Shown here one piece after another: positions 52,605-62,291 of a stretch of 64,000 nt of DNA (position 1 is the stretch's first letter; every line of letters begins with the position of its first letter). Under the pieces are notes generated by a model. It was not told the origin of the DNA, searched no databases, and worked only from the letters and a program-made list of their open reading frames with translations. This DNA comes from Alphaproteobacteria bacterium (GTDB lineage: Bacteria; Pseudomonadota; Alphaproteobacteria; Rs-D84): positions 16,332 through 80,331 of the forward strand of contig JAFYUU010000001.1 in NCBI GenBank assembly GCA_017549445.1. Direction: 5' to 3'. The translations under genes and the position numbers were made by a program.

Positions 52605-54773
52605 TTATTGTTCCTGGTTATTTTTTTCTTCTTCCATGTCAGCAGGACGTTTCCAGTCACGGATATCTTGAATCCAAGAATCTTGCATACACTGTTCACG
52701 CAGGGCGGCAGAATTCACCTTGGATTTATCGCCGTATAAGGTTCCGGCTTCAATGCTGGTCTTGATAACAGCAACCATATCAGATGTTGCACCCGTGCCG
52801 TTCAAGATTTCGTTCAATGTCACGATGTTGCGACATGTGTTTGTTGTGTAATCTTGGGTGTTCAGACATTCGGTATTATCAGGTTCATCAATAACGGCCT
52901 TGAACTGTGCCATGGACGGATTACAAATCATTTCTTCATAGCAGTGTGGAACGTTTGATATCTGGGCACAATATGTCTTGATACGTGCAGTTGGCCAGTT
53001 TTCATTACTGCTGGAAACTTCTTCATAGCAATCGTAGATTTCACTTAAACATTCGTTAAAGTTTGTGCCGGCCGTGACCGCCTTGCTTAGAATCGTTTCG
53101 ACTTCTTCGTTATAGAATTCCAAACGTTTTTGTTGCAGGGCCTGTTGGGCGGCAACCTTTTGATAGCCAATGTTCTGGGCCGTGGCACGCAGTTGTTCAC
53201 CATATGCATCACAGTCCGCATTCGCATCCAGTGCATATTTCTGCATAATACTGCGACGAGCATCGGCAACGGGCTTACGCAAACTGTAATACGGGTCACC
53301 AGATGCAGACGTATAACCAAAACATGTCGCAGAATTTGACAATGTATAGTTAGAATTTGGTGTAATGAAATTCAATGTGTATTCGCCAGTATTATTGCTG
53401 GTCACACTGATAACACTGTTATAGTTATATGGACACTGGGATTGACCATTGCCACAGTATGTGTTGTTTGGACGACCGCAGGCCTCGTAAATGCCGTTAA
53501 AGCAACTGTCCAGAACACGATTACATACGTTGTTATGTGCATATTCGAACAGTTCATAACCCCACGTTTCCGCCAAGGAATCCTTTATCGCATCATCTGT
53601 TCCCAGATTTGCAATCGTGCCACCTATACCAGACAAACCACCAACAATGTCGGTCAGTGTGCTGAACGCATCGGTCAATTTATCCCTGTCATCGGTCAGA
53701 ATTGTGATTGTTTGTTCCTTGGCATCGGCCCAGGCCTGCAATGAGGCCAAGATATCAGAACTGTTGCCGTCTATGTTATCGATATCAAATCCAAAATTGT
53801 TCCCCGAGGATTCACAATATTTTGGTTTAGCACAGGTTTCGGCCCCTTCGTAGATACCGTGACTGGTGCACCATTTGTATGCATCGGAATCGACACTGCC
53901 CGTGGTCCAAGAACCGTCTTTATATGCATCCTGCCAAGAAACGCAGTTCATAACCTTTTCTGCATCGGTCAGCATAAACGCCTGGGATACGTCTTTACCC
54001 TTGTTCGCAATCAACAGGGCCAATTCACCAGAAACCTTAATCAATTCTTCGTTTGCGGTTTCAAGGGCGGCTTCGGCCTCGGCAAATGCTTTGACACGAC
54101 CGGCACATGCACAACGGCGTTGGGCCGCATTACGTGCCGTGCAAATTTCGTCCATACAGGTATAATATGATTCCATACAGTTGCTGTATGCATCGGCAGA
54201 AATCAGACCAGTTGTAGGATCGATAATATTGGAATAATTACCCGTGTATAATTTGTTCGACAGGTATGTATATGTGTTTGATGTTGCAATCGCCTTGGAC
54301 CCACGGATTGCACTGCCCTGGTGGGAAACACGTGCAACATTGGTGGCGTCACGACCACGAACCGCACGATTTGATGCAGATACCGTCTGAGGGGTTACGG
54401 TGCGTGTTGCCGTGCGAGATACGACATTACGGGCAACCGTTGCACGTGACGCATTTGACACATTACCACGATTATTAGAACGAGATACAACATTACGAGA
54501 TGCAACCGAACGGGAAGGTGTTTTTGCATTCGCTGTTGTGCGATTTACAGTGTTTGCAGTGGTGTTATTGCGTGGACTGGCCCGACCTGAACGTGCAGGG
54601 GTGCCCGCACGATTTGCCTGGGGACCATAGAACACGTCGTTCATTGGGGCAATCGGATCCGCCCACACCGAACGCATTGACATCAATGTCGAACAAGTTA
54701 AAAATGCACCACCCAGCAAAAACACCGTGCCAATGGCATTTTTACAACAATCTGTTATTTTACGAGTTTTCAT
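52605..54773 (-). CDS. Secreted cysteine-rich protein, paralog C (divergent)
   Basis: Start MKTRKIT at 54773 with a GGAGGGAAGGA RBS. Signal peptide (...LMSMRSVWA), an R/S/T/N-rich region with SRNVVSR repeats, then CMESYYTCMDEICTARNAAQRRCAC and many further Cys. Confidence 0.8.
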   Translation of the reverse strand: MKTRKITDCCKNAIGTVFLLGGAFLTCSTLMSMRSVWADPIAPMNDVFYGPQANRAGTPARSGRASPRNNTTANTVNRTTANAKTPSRSVASRNVVSRSNNRGNVSNASRATVARNVVSRTATRTVTPQTVSASNRAVRGRDATNVARVSHQGSAIRGSKAIATSNTYTYLSNKLYTGNYSNIIDPTTGLISADAYSNCMESYYTCMDEICTARNAAQRRCACAGRVKAFAEAEAALETANEELIKVSGELALLIANKGKDVSQAFMLTDAEKVMNCVSWQDAYKDGSWTTGSVDSDAYKWCTSHGIYEGAETCAKPKYCESSGNNFGFDIDNIDGNSSDILASLQAWADAKEQTITILTDDRDKLTDAFSTLTDIVGGLSGIGGTIANLGTDDAIKDSLAETWGYELFEYAHNNVCNRVLDSCFNGIYEACGRPNNTYCGNGQSQCPYNYNSVISVTSNNTGEYTLNFITPNSNYTLSNSATCFGYTSASGDPYYSLRKPVADARRSIMQKYALDANADCDAYGEQLRATAQNIGYQKVAAQQALQQKRLEFYNEEVETILSKAVTAGTNFNECLSEIYDCYEEVSSSNENWPTARIKTYCAQISNVPHCYEEMICNPSMAQFKAVIDEPDNTECLNTQDYTTNTCRNIVTLNEILNGTGATSDMVAVIKTSIEAGTLYGDKSKVNSAALREQCMQDSWIQDIRDWKRPADMEEEKNNQEQ

Positions 54774-54860
54774 ATATCCTTCCCTCCGCATCTGGTATCG
54801 CCCAGAAATCCGGTCTTTTTACACGCACACGTGGGACGCAATGCGTGTATACTTTGTATA

Positions 54861-54889
54861 ATTATAACATTTTTCGACTGGTCTGTAAA
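54861..54889 (-). promoter_or_regulatory. Sigma-70-like promoter for Cys-rich paralog C
   Basis: On the minus strand: TTTACA (54889-54884), 17-nt spacer, TATAAT (54866-54861), about 90 nt upstream of the start codon. Confidence 0.4.
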
Positions 54890-54928
54890 CAACAAATAAC
54901 CCGCCCAAACGGACGGGTTATATTGATT

Positions 54929-57589
54929 TTAGTTCTTTCTTGGGAACCGAACTGCGGCCTGGGCAGCAGCCAGACGTGCAATTGGCACACGGAACGGAGA
55001 ACAAGACACTGAATTAAATCCAACCTGATGGAAGAATTCAATCGAGTCAGGATCACCGCCATGTTCACCACATACACCCAGATGGATATTTTCACCCTTG
55101 GTGTTGCGGGCCTTTTGGACAGCGTCTTTAATCAGCAGACCAACACCCAAACGATCAACAGATGCAAATGGATCTGCAACGTATACACCACGGGCACGAT
55201 ATTCGTCCAAGATTTTGGCCGTATCGTCACGTGACATACCCAATGTTGTCTGGGTCAGGTCGTTTGTTCCAAATTCGAAGAATTCGCAACTTTCTGCAAT
55301 TTCATTTGCCAGAACCGCCGCACGTGGCAATTCAATCATTGAACCAACCGTGTATTCAATGCTGTCACCCGTTTCAGCAAACAATGATTGGGCCGTGGCA
55401 TCGATAACCGCCTTGACGATATCGACTTCTTTTTTAGAACCAACCAATGGAACTTCGATTTCTGGGAACACACGGATTCCGTTCTTTTTACATTCCAGCG
55501 CAGCCGACAAAATCGCACGTGTTTGCATTTCGCAAATTTCTGGGTATGTAATCGCCAAACGGCAACCACGATGACCCAACATTGGATTCTGTTCATGCAA
55601 TGCTTCTGCACGGGCCTTGATGAATTCTACGGACTTGCCAATATGTTTGGCCAATTCTTCGATTTCTGCATCGGTATGTGGCAAGAATTCGTGTAATGGT
55701 GGGTCAATCAAACGAATTGTGACCGGCAGACCGTCCATAATCTTGAACAATTCAACAAAGTCAGCACGCTGATATGGCAACAATTTTGCCAATGCAACAC
55801 GGCGACCGGTTTCGTCTTCGGCCAAAATCATTTCACGCATATCCTGGATACGGGATGGGTCAAAGAACATATGTTCTGTTCGTGCCAAACCGATACCTTC
55901 GGCACCAAAATCACGTGCCTGTTTTGCATCTTTTGGCGTTTCAGCATTTGCCTTGACCGTCAATGTTTTGATTTGGTCAACCCATTCCATCAATGTTCCA
56001 AAATTACCCGTCAGTTCAACAGATACAGTTGGGATTTTACCTTCGATAATCTGGCCCTTGGCACCGTCAATAGAAATCCAATCGCCTTCGTGGATAACTG
56101 TGCCATCTGTTGTTTTCAAGGTTTTGGCTTCGTAATCAATTTTGATATCAGGTGAACCAGACACGCATGGCGTTCCCATACCACGGGCAACCACAGCCGC
56201 ATGTGATGTCATACCACCACGGGCAGTGATAACACCCTGGGCTGCATTCATACCAGCGATATCTTCTGGGGACGTTTCGATACGAATCAACATAACCTGT
56301 TTGCCTTCGGCCGCCCATTTTTCTGCGTCTTCGGCATTAAACACTGCCTGACCAACGGCCGCACCTGGGGATGCAGGCAGACCTGTTGCAATAACACGCT
56401 TTTGGGCCTTGGGGTCCAACATTGGATGCAACAAGTGATCCAACTGGTCTGCACCAACACGCAAGATTGCTTCTTCTTTGGTCAACAGACCTTCTTCCAC
56501 CATTTCAACCGCCATACGGACAGCAGCGGCAGCAGTGCGTTTACCATTACGGCACTGCAACATCCACAATTTGCCATGTTCGATTGTAAATTCCATATCC
56601 TGCATATCTTTGTAATGACGTTCCAATTTTTCACGAACATCACACAGTTCTGCATAGACAGATGGCATTGCTTCTTCCAAAGACAGACGACCGGAATCAT
56701 CTTTGCTCATTGGTTGCGGTGTGCGAATACCCGCCACAACGTCTTCACCCTGGGCATTTATCAAGTATTCGCCATAGTATTTGTTTTCACCGGTGGCTGG
56801 GTCACGGCTGAAACACACACCCGTGGCACTGTCGTCACCAGAATTTCCGAACACCATTGCCTGGACGTTCACAGCGGTTCCCCAATCGGCAGGAATATTA
56901 TTCAATTTACGATATGTGATGGCCTTTTTGCTCATCCAAGAGCCGAACACCGCACCAATTCCCAATTTCAACTGTTCCCATGGATCCTGTGGGAATACTT
57001 TACCAATTTTGACACCGATTTCCTTGAACTTTTCAACCAATTCTTTCAGGTCTTCTGCGGTCAGTTCTGTGTCCTGTTTATAACCCTTGTCTTCCTTCAT
57101 ACGTTCCAGTGTATGTTCGAACAAATCAATGTCTGCACCCATAACAACGTCACTGAACATCATGATAAAGCGACGATAGGAATCATATGCAAAACGTTCG
57201 TTGCCAGAAATCTTGGCCAATGCACGAACCGTTTCGTCATTCAAACCCAAATTCAATACTGTATCCATCATACCAGGCATTGATACACGTGCCCCAGAAC
57301 GAACAGATACCAACAATGGATTTTCCAGATCCGCAAACTTTTTACCCATAATGGATTCCACGTGTGCAATACCGGCACGCACCTGGTCCATCAAATCAGA
57401 CGGATATGTTTGATTGTTTTCATAGTAGTATGTGCAAACCTCGGTCGTGACGGTAAAGCCCGCAGGAACAGGCAAACCAACCAGGTTCATTTCGGCCAAA
57501 TTCGCACCTTTGCCACCCAGCAGATTTTTCATATCTGCCTGACCTTCGGCCTGGCCATTACCGAAAGTGTATACCCATTTGTTGCTCAT
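54929..57589 (-). CDS. ppdK: Pyruvate, phosphate dikinase
   Basis: 886 aa with MSNKWVYTFGNGQAEGQADMKNLLGGKGANLAEM, a phosphohistidine domain (GGMTSHAAVVARGMG) and a PEP-utilising C-domain. Confidence 0.97.
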   Translation of the reverse strand: MSNKWVYTFGNGQAEGQADMKNLLGGKGANLAEMNLVGLPVPAGFTVTTEVCTYYYENNQTYPSDLMDQVRAGIAHVESIMGKKFADLENPLLVSVRSGARVSMPGMMDTVLNLGLNDETVRALAKISGNERFAYDSYRRFIMMFSDVVMGADIDLFEHTLERMKEDKGYKQDTELTAEDLKELVEKFKEIGVKIGKVFPQDPWEQLKLGIGAVFGSWMSKKAITYRKLNNIPADWGTAVNVQAMVFGNSGDDSATGVCFSRDPATGENKYYGEYLINAQGEDVVAGIRTPQPMSKDDSGRLSLEEAMPSVYAELCDVREKLERHYKDMQDMEFTIEHGKLWMLQCRNGKRTAAAAVRMAVEMVEEGLLTKEEAILRVGADQLDHLLHPMLDPKAQKRVIATGLPASPGAAVGQAVFNAEDAEKWAAEGKQVMLIRIETSPEDIAGMNAAQGVITARGGMTSHAAVVARGMGTPCVSGSPDIKIDYEAKTLKTTDGTVIHEGDWISIDGAKGQIIEGKIPTVSVELTGNFGTLMEWVDQIKTLTVKANAETPKDAKQARDFGAEGIGLARTEHMFFDPSRIQDMREMILAEDETGRRVALAKLLPYQRADFVELFKIMDGLPVTIRLIDPPLHEFLPHTDAEIEELAKHIGKSVEFIKARAEALHEQNPMLGHRGCRLAITYPEICEMQTRAILSAALECKKNGIRVFPEIEVPLVGSKKEVDIVKAVIDATAQSLFAETGDSIEYTVGSMIELPRAAVLANEIAESCEFFEFGTNDLTQTTLGMSRDDTAKILDEYRARGVYVADPFASVDRLGVGLLIKDAVQKARNTKGENIHLGVCGEHGGDPDSIEFFHQVGFNSVSCSPFRVPIARLAAAQAAVRFPRKN

Positions 57590-57728
57590 TAGTTCTCCTT
57601 TTAGAATTAAAACGCCAAAGGATTGTGGGGTATGATTGACCTAATTGCAAGAAAAAAATCGGATATTTTTTCTTTTTTATTATAAAAGAAGCCGTTTTAT
57701 TTTATAATGCATTCAACGGATAGGAATT

Positions 57729-58199
57729 ATGAGTTTTAGAAAAAGTTTTTTTATTGCATTATTGATTTCTGCATTTCCAGCAATTACACAGGGGGCAACA
57801 CTTCCCACGTGCACACGGGAACAAATGAGATTGTTGTATTCATCATCTAAAAACTGTCTGAATACCATTACCACATCGACCGCTTCCCTATATGTATGCT
57901 GTCCAGTATGCACGGCATCATCAGCAACCATACCCGCATGCCCGAATCTGGATTGGTTGTATAACTCTTTGACCGGACTTTGCGAGCGACAATCAGAACT
58001 ATCAGAAGACGATACAGGATACATGGAAGAAACATTTGGAACCTGTGAACCTACATCAAGCGAATTAGAAATCAAGACAATTTATTACAGCAAGGAATAT
58101 GCCACACCAGACAACACAACAACCTGTTTGCGTCAATTCCAAGAAGAAAACCCAGAACTTGACCCATCTTTGCCAACGGTCCCAGACATAAAACAATGA
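57729..58199 (+). CDS. Small secreted cysteine-containing protein
   Basis: 156 aa with a signal peptide (ALLISAFPAITQGA), a Cys-rich mature part (CCPVC, CPNLDWLYNSLTGLC) and an acidic C-terminus. Overlaps the next gene by ATGA. Confidence 0.65.
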   Translation: MSFRKSFFIALLISAFPAITQGATLPTCTREQMRLLYSSSKNCLNTITTSTASLYVCCPVCTASSATIPACPNLDWLYNSLTGLCERQSELSEDDTGYMEETFGTCEPTSSELEIKTIYYSKEYATPDNTTTCLRQFQEENPELDPSLPTVPDIKQ

Positions 58200-59167
58200 A
58201 CAAGATAACCATTGCATTTTTATTATCAACATTGACAATACCTGCGTTTGCAGATTGTGTTTCCTTGGGCAAAAATTATGTCAGTTGCAAACCGGGGTAT
58301 TTTCTGCCTTTGACAGCATTTGGGCAAGAATCCAAATGCACACCATGTCCGTATGGACCATATGGTGAAGAAGACAAAGGACAAACTTCACCAGACAGAA
58401 ATACCGGTGGGGTTGTGGTCTGCACGACGGCGGAATTTGTCGGCGACAATGGATATTATAAGTATATTGGATATACCAAAACTTTTCATGCATGCAATGC
58501 GGGATATTATCTGAATAAAGCAACGTTTGGAGGGGCGTGCACGAAATGCCCAGACAATGGGAAATCGGTGGATAAAAATTCCGAAGGGATTACTGCGTGC
58601 ACGGGAATGTATGATGCAACGGGATGGTATGTATTTAATACAGATGGCACAAAAAAATATACAAAATGTGTGGCAGGGTATTATCTGGAAAATGCAAAAT
58701 GCGAACCATGTCCAGACGGAACAACTTCGCCGAATGAAAACACGGGCGGATTGGACAGTTGTAAAATAAGCAGTGATAAAACAGGATACTATCAAGAAAA
58801 AGATGGCAAGAAAATTTATTCTATGTGCAAGGCGGGATATTATTTAACCAGCGAAAAAACATGCGTTGCGTGTCCCGACCATGGAACATCACCAGACAAA
58901 AATCCCAAGGGAATCACCGCATGCACAGGAATGTACACTTCAACAGGGTGGTATGAATTTGATGCAAGCGGTGTTGCAAAATATATCAAATGTGTGGCGA
59001 ACTATTATCTGAAAAACGCAGCGTGCAATTCTTGCCCCAGTGGTGGAAAATCGCCAGATAAAAACACAGGCGGAATTACCAGTTGCTATACCATAGCCGG
59101 AACAGGAACAGACAATACTGGAAGATTCGAAACCAAAAAAAATACCGAATGTCATTATGTGGAATAA
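58196..59167 (+). CDS. Secreted protein made of CxxCP cysteine-rich repeats (GCC2/GCC3- or TNFR-like)
   Basis: 323 aa with a signal peptide (TLTIPAFA) and 22 Cys (my manual count). It contains five copies of C-x-(A/P)GY(Y/F)L-x(n)-C-x2-CP-x(n)-G-x-S(P/V)(D/N)-x-N-x(n)-G-x(2-3)-C. Confidence 0.75.
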   Translation: MNKITIAFLLSTLTIPAFADCVSLGKNYVSCKPGYFLPLTAFGQESKCTPCPYGPYGEEDKGQTSPDRNTGGVVVCTTAEFVGDNGYYKYIGYTKTFHACNAGYYLNKATFGGACTKCPDNGKSVDKNSEGITACTGMYDATGWYVFNTDGTKKYTKCVAGYYLENAKCEPCPDGTTSPNENTGGLDSCKISSDKTGYYQEKDGKKIYSMCKAGYYLTSEKTCVACPDHGTSPDKNPKGITACTGMYTSTGWYEFDASGVAKYIKCVANYYLKNAACNSCPSGGKSPDKNTGGITSCYTIAGTGTDNTGRFETKKNTECHYVE

Positions 59168-59190
59168 AAAGCGTCCAATCGCACGCTTTT
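59167..59190. terminator. Bidirectional terminator between the repeat protein and the pta/ptb-like gene
   Basis: Stem AAAAGCGT/ACGCTTTT with an 8-nt loop, followed by TTATTTTT. Confidence 0.6.
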
Positions 59191-60152
59191 TATTTTTGCA
59201 TACGGCACGCACAGGCAATCGAATATAACTTGGACAATTTAGAATCCGAACGTGAATTTACGATAATCGGTGCAGTCGCCCCCATTACAATTCCGCCAAA
59301 TACCCAATCTCCGAATTGAACCATTGCCTTGATGGTGTTATTGCCGGCCTCGATATTATGAAACATCAAGACGTCCGCCTGACCTGCAACAGGGTCTGTG
59401 ACACCCTTAATCCGTGCGGCATCTGGGGATACGGCAATGTCAAATGCCAGTGGCCCCGAGACAATACAATCGGCAATCTCGCCCCGTTGATTCATCTGTT
59501 GCAGGGCAGTTGCATCAACCGTTGCCTGCATCGCAGGATTTAATGTTTCAACCGCACACAGGCACGCAACACGAGGCATATCAACACCCATGTGTCGGGC
59601 AAATGATACGGCATTATTTATTATGTGAACCTTGTCCGATAATGTTGGATACATAATCATCGCAATATCGGTTAAAAACAGTGTTCGGTCATACTGACCC
59701 GAATACATTATTGCAACGTGCGATAATTTGCCAGGACCACGAATACCCGTTTCCCGATTTAGTGCGGCACGCAATATGTCTGCTGTGTGAATATGGCCCT
59801 TCATCAAAATATCGGCGTGACCGTTTCTGACCAGACGGACCGCCATTTCTGCGGATTTTATATCTGATTGACAATCGATAATCTTGAATTGCGATATATC
59901 TAAATCGTTTTCAGATGCAACCTGGGCGATACGGGTGGAATCGCCACACAAAATCGCCGTGGCAAAATCCAATCGGTTCGCCATAACAACCGCCGACAAG
60001 GCGTCTGCGTCATCAGCACAAGCCAGTGCAATTGTACGTGGACTGTCGGGACGCATTGACATCAATCTTGAAATAAATTTTTCTTCCATTTCTGCTTTCT
60101 CTTCGGGGGCAAGCATAGGATCTTTTGCCACATTTGGCAAGAAAAATCCCAC
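59190..60152 (-). CDS. Phosphate acetyl/butyryl-transferase family protein
   Basis: 320 aa. The overall pattern matches the PTA_PTB family (..ALACADDADALSAVVMANRLDFATAILCGD...ADILMKGHIHT...GQADVLMFHNIEAGN...). Confidence 0.75.
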   Translation of the reverse strand: MGFFLPNVAKDPMLAPEEKAEMEEKFISRLMSMRPDSPRTIALACADDADALSAVVMANRLDFATAILCGDSTRIAQVASENDLDISQFKIIDCQSDIKSAEMAVRLVRNGHADILMKGHIHTADILRAALNRETGIRGPGKLSHVAIMYSGQYDRTLFLTDIAMIMYPTLSDKVHIINNAVSFARHMGVDMPRVACLCAVETLNPAMQATVDATALQQMNQRGEIADCIVSGPLAFDIAVSPDAARIKGVTDPVAGQADVLMFHNIEAGNNTIKAMVQFGDWVFGGIVMGATAPIIVNSRSDSKLSKLYSIACACRMQK

Positions 60153-60178
60153 ATAAAAATGTGGGAATTTATTCCTGA

Positions 60179-61210
60179 TTATTTTTGACGACCCTTGGCA
60201 CGATCCAGCAGTAATCCCAGTGGCACCGTCTGGGGTTCGCCATCACCAACCGCATAGGTTATATCATGTATTGGTGTGAAATGATTCTTTTGCCAGTGAC
60301 TGCCATGAGTAAATCTGACCATACTCAAATTTTCCAGCAATGGAATGTTCTGGCGACCATACTGGATATAATTCAGGCAATACCGTGATGCAGGGGTGCG
60401 ATACAATACTATACTGCCATCGGCAAATGGCTGTTCCGATATGATGTAATGAACGTCTCTTAACGCAACACCGTGACGCAAATCCAAATCGTAAAACCAG
60501 ACAGCACCATTGGCACGATGCTGGATATATGGGCCAGATGGGATAATTTGTAAATCAGATATCGCATTCAAGACAACATTGCCGTGTTGCATGTCGATTA
60601 TGCTCTGTTTATCTGGGGATACATCAGGATATATTTTTGCAGGCCCACAGCATAATTCAGCCGTTGGGACCGCAATATATCGATTATTTATTACATTGGT
60701 CAGGGGTTCAACCGAACGACCTATTTCCAGACAAGGACGACCATTTTTTTCAACCTGACGCAGGGGCAAATTACGTGCATATACGCCAGTTTTTACGTCA
60801 TAAAAGGCACCTGTTAAATATCCAGACCGGTGGGCATAGGGTTCCAGATGTAAAACAGTATCCGCACCAGATGGCGAGTGTTCCAAATATTCCGGCAGGT
60901 TTATAGCCGAGATATACTTTGTGCCATATTTTTTATCATCGTATCTTTTTCCTGCGTCCAAATCGCCCTGGATTTCCAGATTTATTTTCTGGGGCGAATG
61001 GATTTGTGGATATACCGCAATCTGTGGTGGGGTTTCTTTTTTATATTCAACACGGGTAAAAATGTGACCGCCGGGATAAACATGCACCCATGGTAATAAA
61101 GCACACGAATTATACCACGTGTCTTTATATTCTTCGGGCAGGTAAAACGTATCGACATAACCAAGACGGTTTTCAAGTGTTTCGGGGTAAGGCCACTGTT
61201 TTTTACTCAT
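60179..61210 (-). CDS. Hypothetical protein (343 aa)
   Basis: Start MSKKQWPYP at 61210 with an AAAGGAA RBS. No signal peptide and no recognised motif. Confidence 0.55.
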   Translation of the reverse strand: MSKKQWPYPETLENRLGYVDTFYLPEEYKDTWYNSCALLPWVHVYPGGHIFTRVEYKKETPPQIAVYPQIHSPQKINLEIQGDLDAGKRYDDKKYGTKYISAINLPEYLEHSPSGADTVLHLEPYAHRSGYLTGAFYDVKTGVYARNLPLRQVEKNGRPCLEIGRSVEPLTNVINNRYIAVPTAELCCGPAKIYPDVSPDKQSIIDMQHGNVVLNAISDLQIIPSGPYIQHRANGAVWFYDLDLRHGVALRDVHYIISEQPFADGSIVLYRTPASRYCLNYIQYGRQNIPLLENLSMVRFTHGSHWQKNHFTPIHDITYAVGDGEPQTVPLGLLLDRAKGRQK

Positions 61211-61338
61211 TATAAATTCCTTTGTTGTATTCTGTATTCCCACCCACACCGATATTACTATAACAATGCAATTTTATCCGTGCAAGGGTTTTAATACCTG
61301 TATTTATCAATGGTGGACAGTGATATAATCGGAGTATA

Positions 61339-61830
61339 ATGAAACAGTCCAGACATTTTAATCTTGCATCGGCGGTCGTGCTGGGGATGCATGATGCGTT
61401 GGTATCGCTGACGGGGTTGATTGCAGGATTGACCTTTGCGGATATGGAACGGGGAACAATTGTAATGACGGCGATTATTGCGTCTGTCACGGCAGGTCTG
61501 TCGATGAGTGCGTCAAACTATCTGGCAGAAAAGTCCAATCAAAATAAATACGCTCTGCGTGCAGGTGCGATTACAGGGACCGCATATATTGCGACCAGTA
61601 TAATTCTGGTGTCGCCATATTTGGTTGGGTATCGGCCATATTTGGCACTGATATTTACACTGATATTGGTGGTGGTAATTATATTTGGATGCAATCTGGT
61701 TATTTGCAGACGACAGAACAAAAAGTTCTGGCGACATGCGATAGAAATGCTGGTTATATGTGGTGCGGTATCAATAATATCATTTTGCATTGGCGAAATC
61801 GCCAAACACACCCTGGGGATAGATGTGTAA
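61339..61830 (+). CDS. VIT1/CCC1-family metal transporter (membrane domain only)
   Basis: 163 aa with AVVLGMHDALVSLTGLIAGL and SMSASNYLAEKS motifs and several TM helices. There is no N-terminal ferritin-like domain. Confidence 0.7.
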   Translation: MKQSRHFNLASAVVLGMHDALVSLTGLIAGLTFADMERGTIVMTAIIASVTAGLSMSASNYLAEKSNQNKYALRAGAITGTAYIATSIILVSPYLVGYRPYLALIFTLILVVVIIFGCNLVICRRQNKKFWRHAIEMLVICGAVSIISFCIGEIAKHTLGIDV

Positions 61831-61973
61831 ATAAAATCACGCCACGGGTTAGTGTGGCGTGTGATACAGGTTTCTTTTCCCCCCCGCAGGAATCACTATA
61901 TCAGATGGGAATTTGATAACAAATAGGATACTTGTCGGGAAAAATTTAACCGCCACATGGGCGGTTGTAGATA

Positions 61974-62204
61974 TTAGTGTATCTTGCTCTCGTCGCCGAT
62001 GCAATGAGTATACTTTAACATATCACGTTTATGCTTGGCAAACAGGGCCTGTGCCTCGTCCAGAGTATGACGGACAGAACGGGTCACCCATACCAAGTCA
62101 GCACGCATACGCTGGGTCGTAGAGATTACGTAGTGACCACCAACCATTTCCAACACCAAGGAATCGGTCTTTTGTGTATAAATTTCCAGTGCTTTGTTCG
62201 ACAT
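61974..62204 (-). CDS. Hypothetical small protein (76 aa)
   Basis: AAAGG RBS upstream of the ATG. A hairpin AACCGCC/GGCGGTT (61950-61968) lies downstream. No homology recognised. Confidence 0.45.
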   Translation of the reverse strand: MSNKALEIYTQKTDSLVLEMVGGHYVISTTQRMRADLVWVTRSVRHTLDEAQALFAKHKRDMLKYTHCIGDESKIH

Positions 62205-62291
62205 CTTGTTGCCTTTGCTGTATTAGTGTGCAGGAATTGTATAGACAATCCAACAAAAGTCAAGTAAAAACAACCAAGAATCAATCTGGGT

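Noticed and set aside
54279-54641. Short direct repeats, considered as a possible CRISPR or tandem-repeat locus.
   Set aside because: There are only two imperfect copies about 66 bp apart, inside a continuous ORF. They simply encode the SRNVVSR peptide repeat. I saw no CRISPR-like array anywhere in the window.
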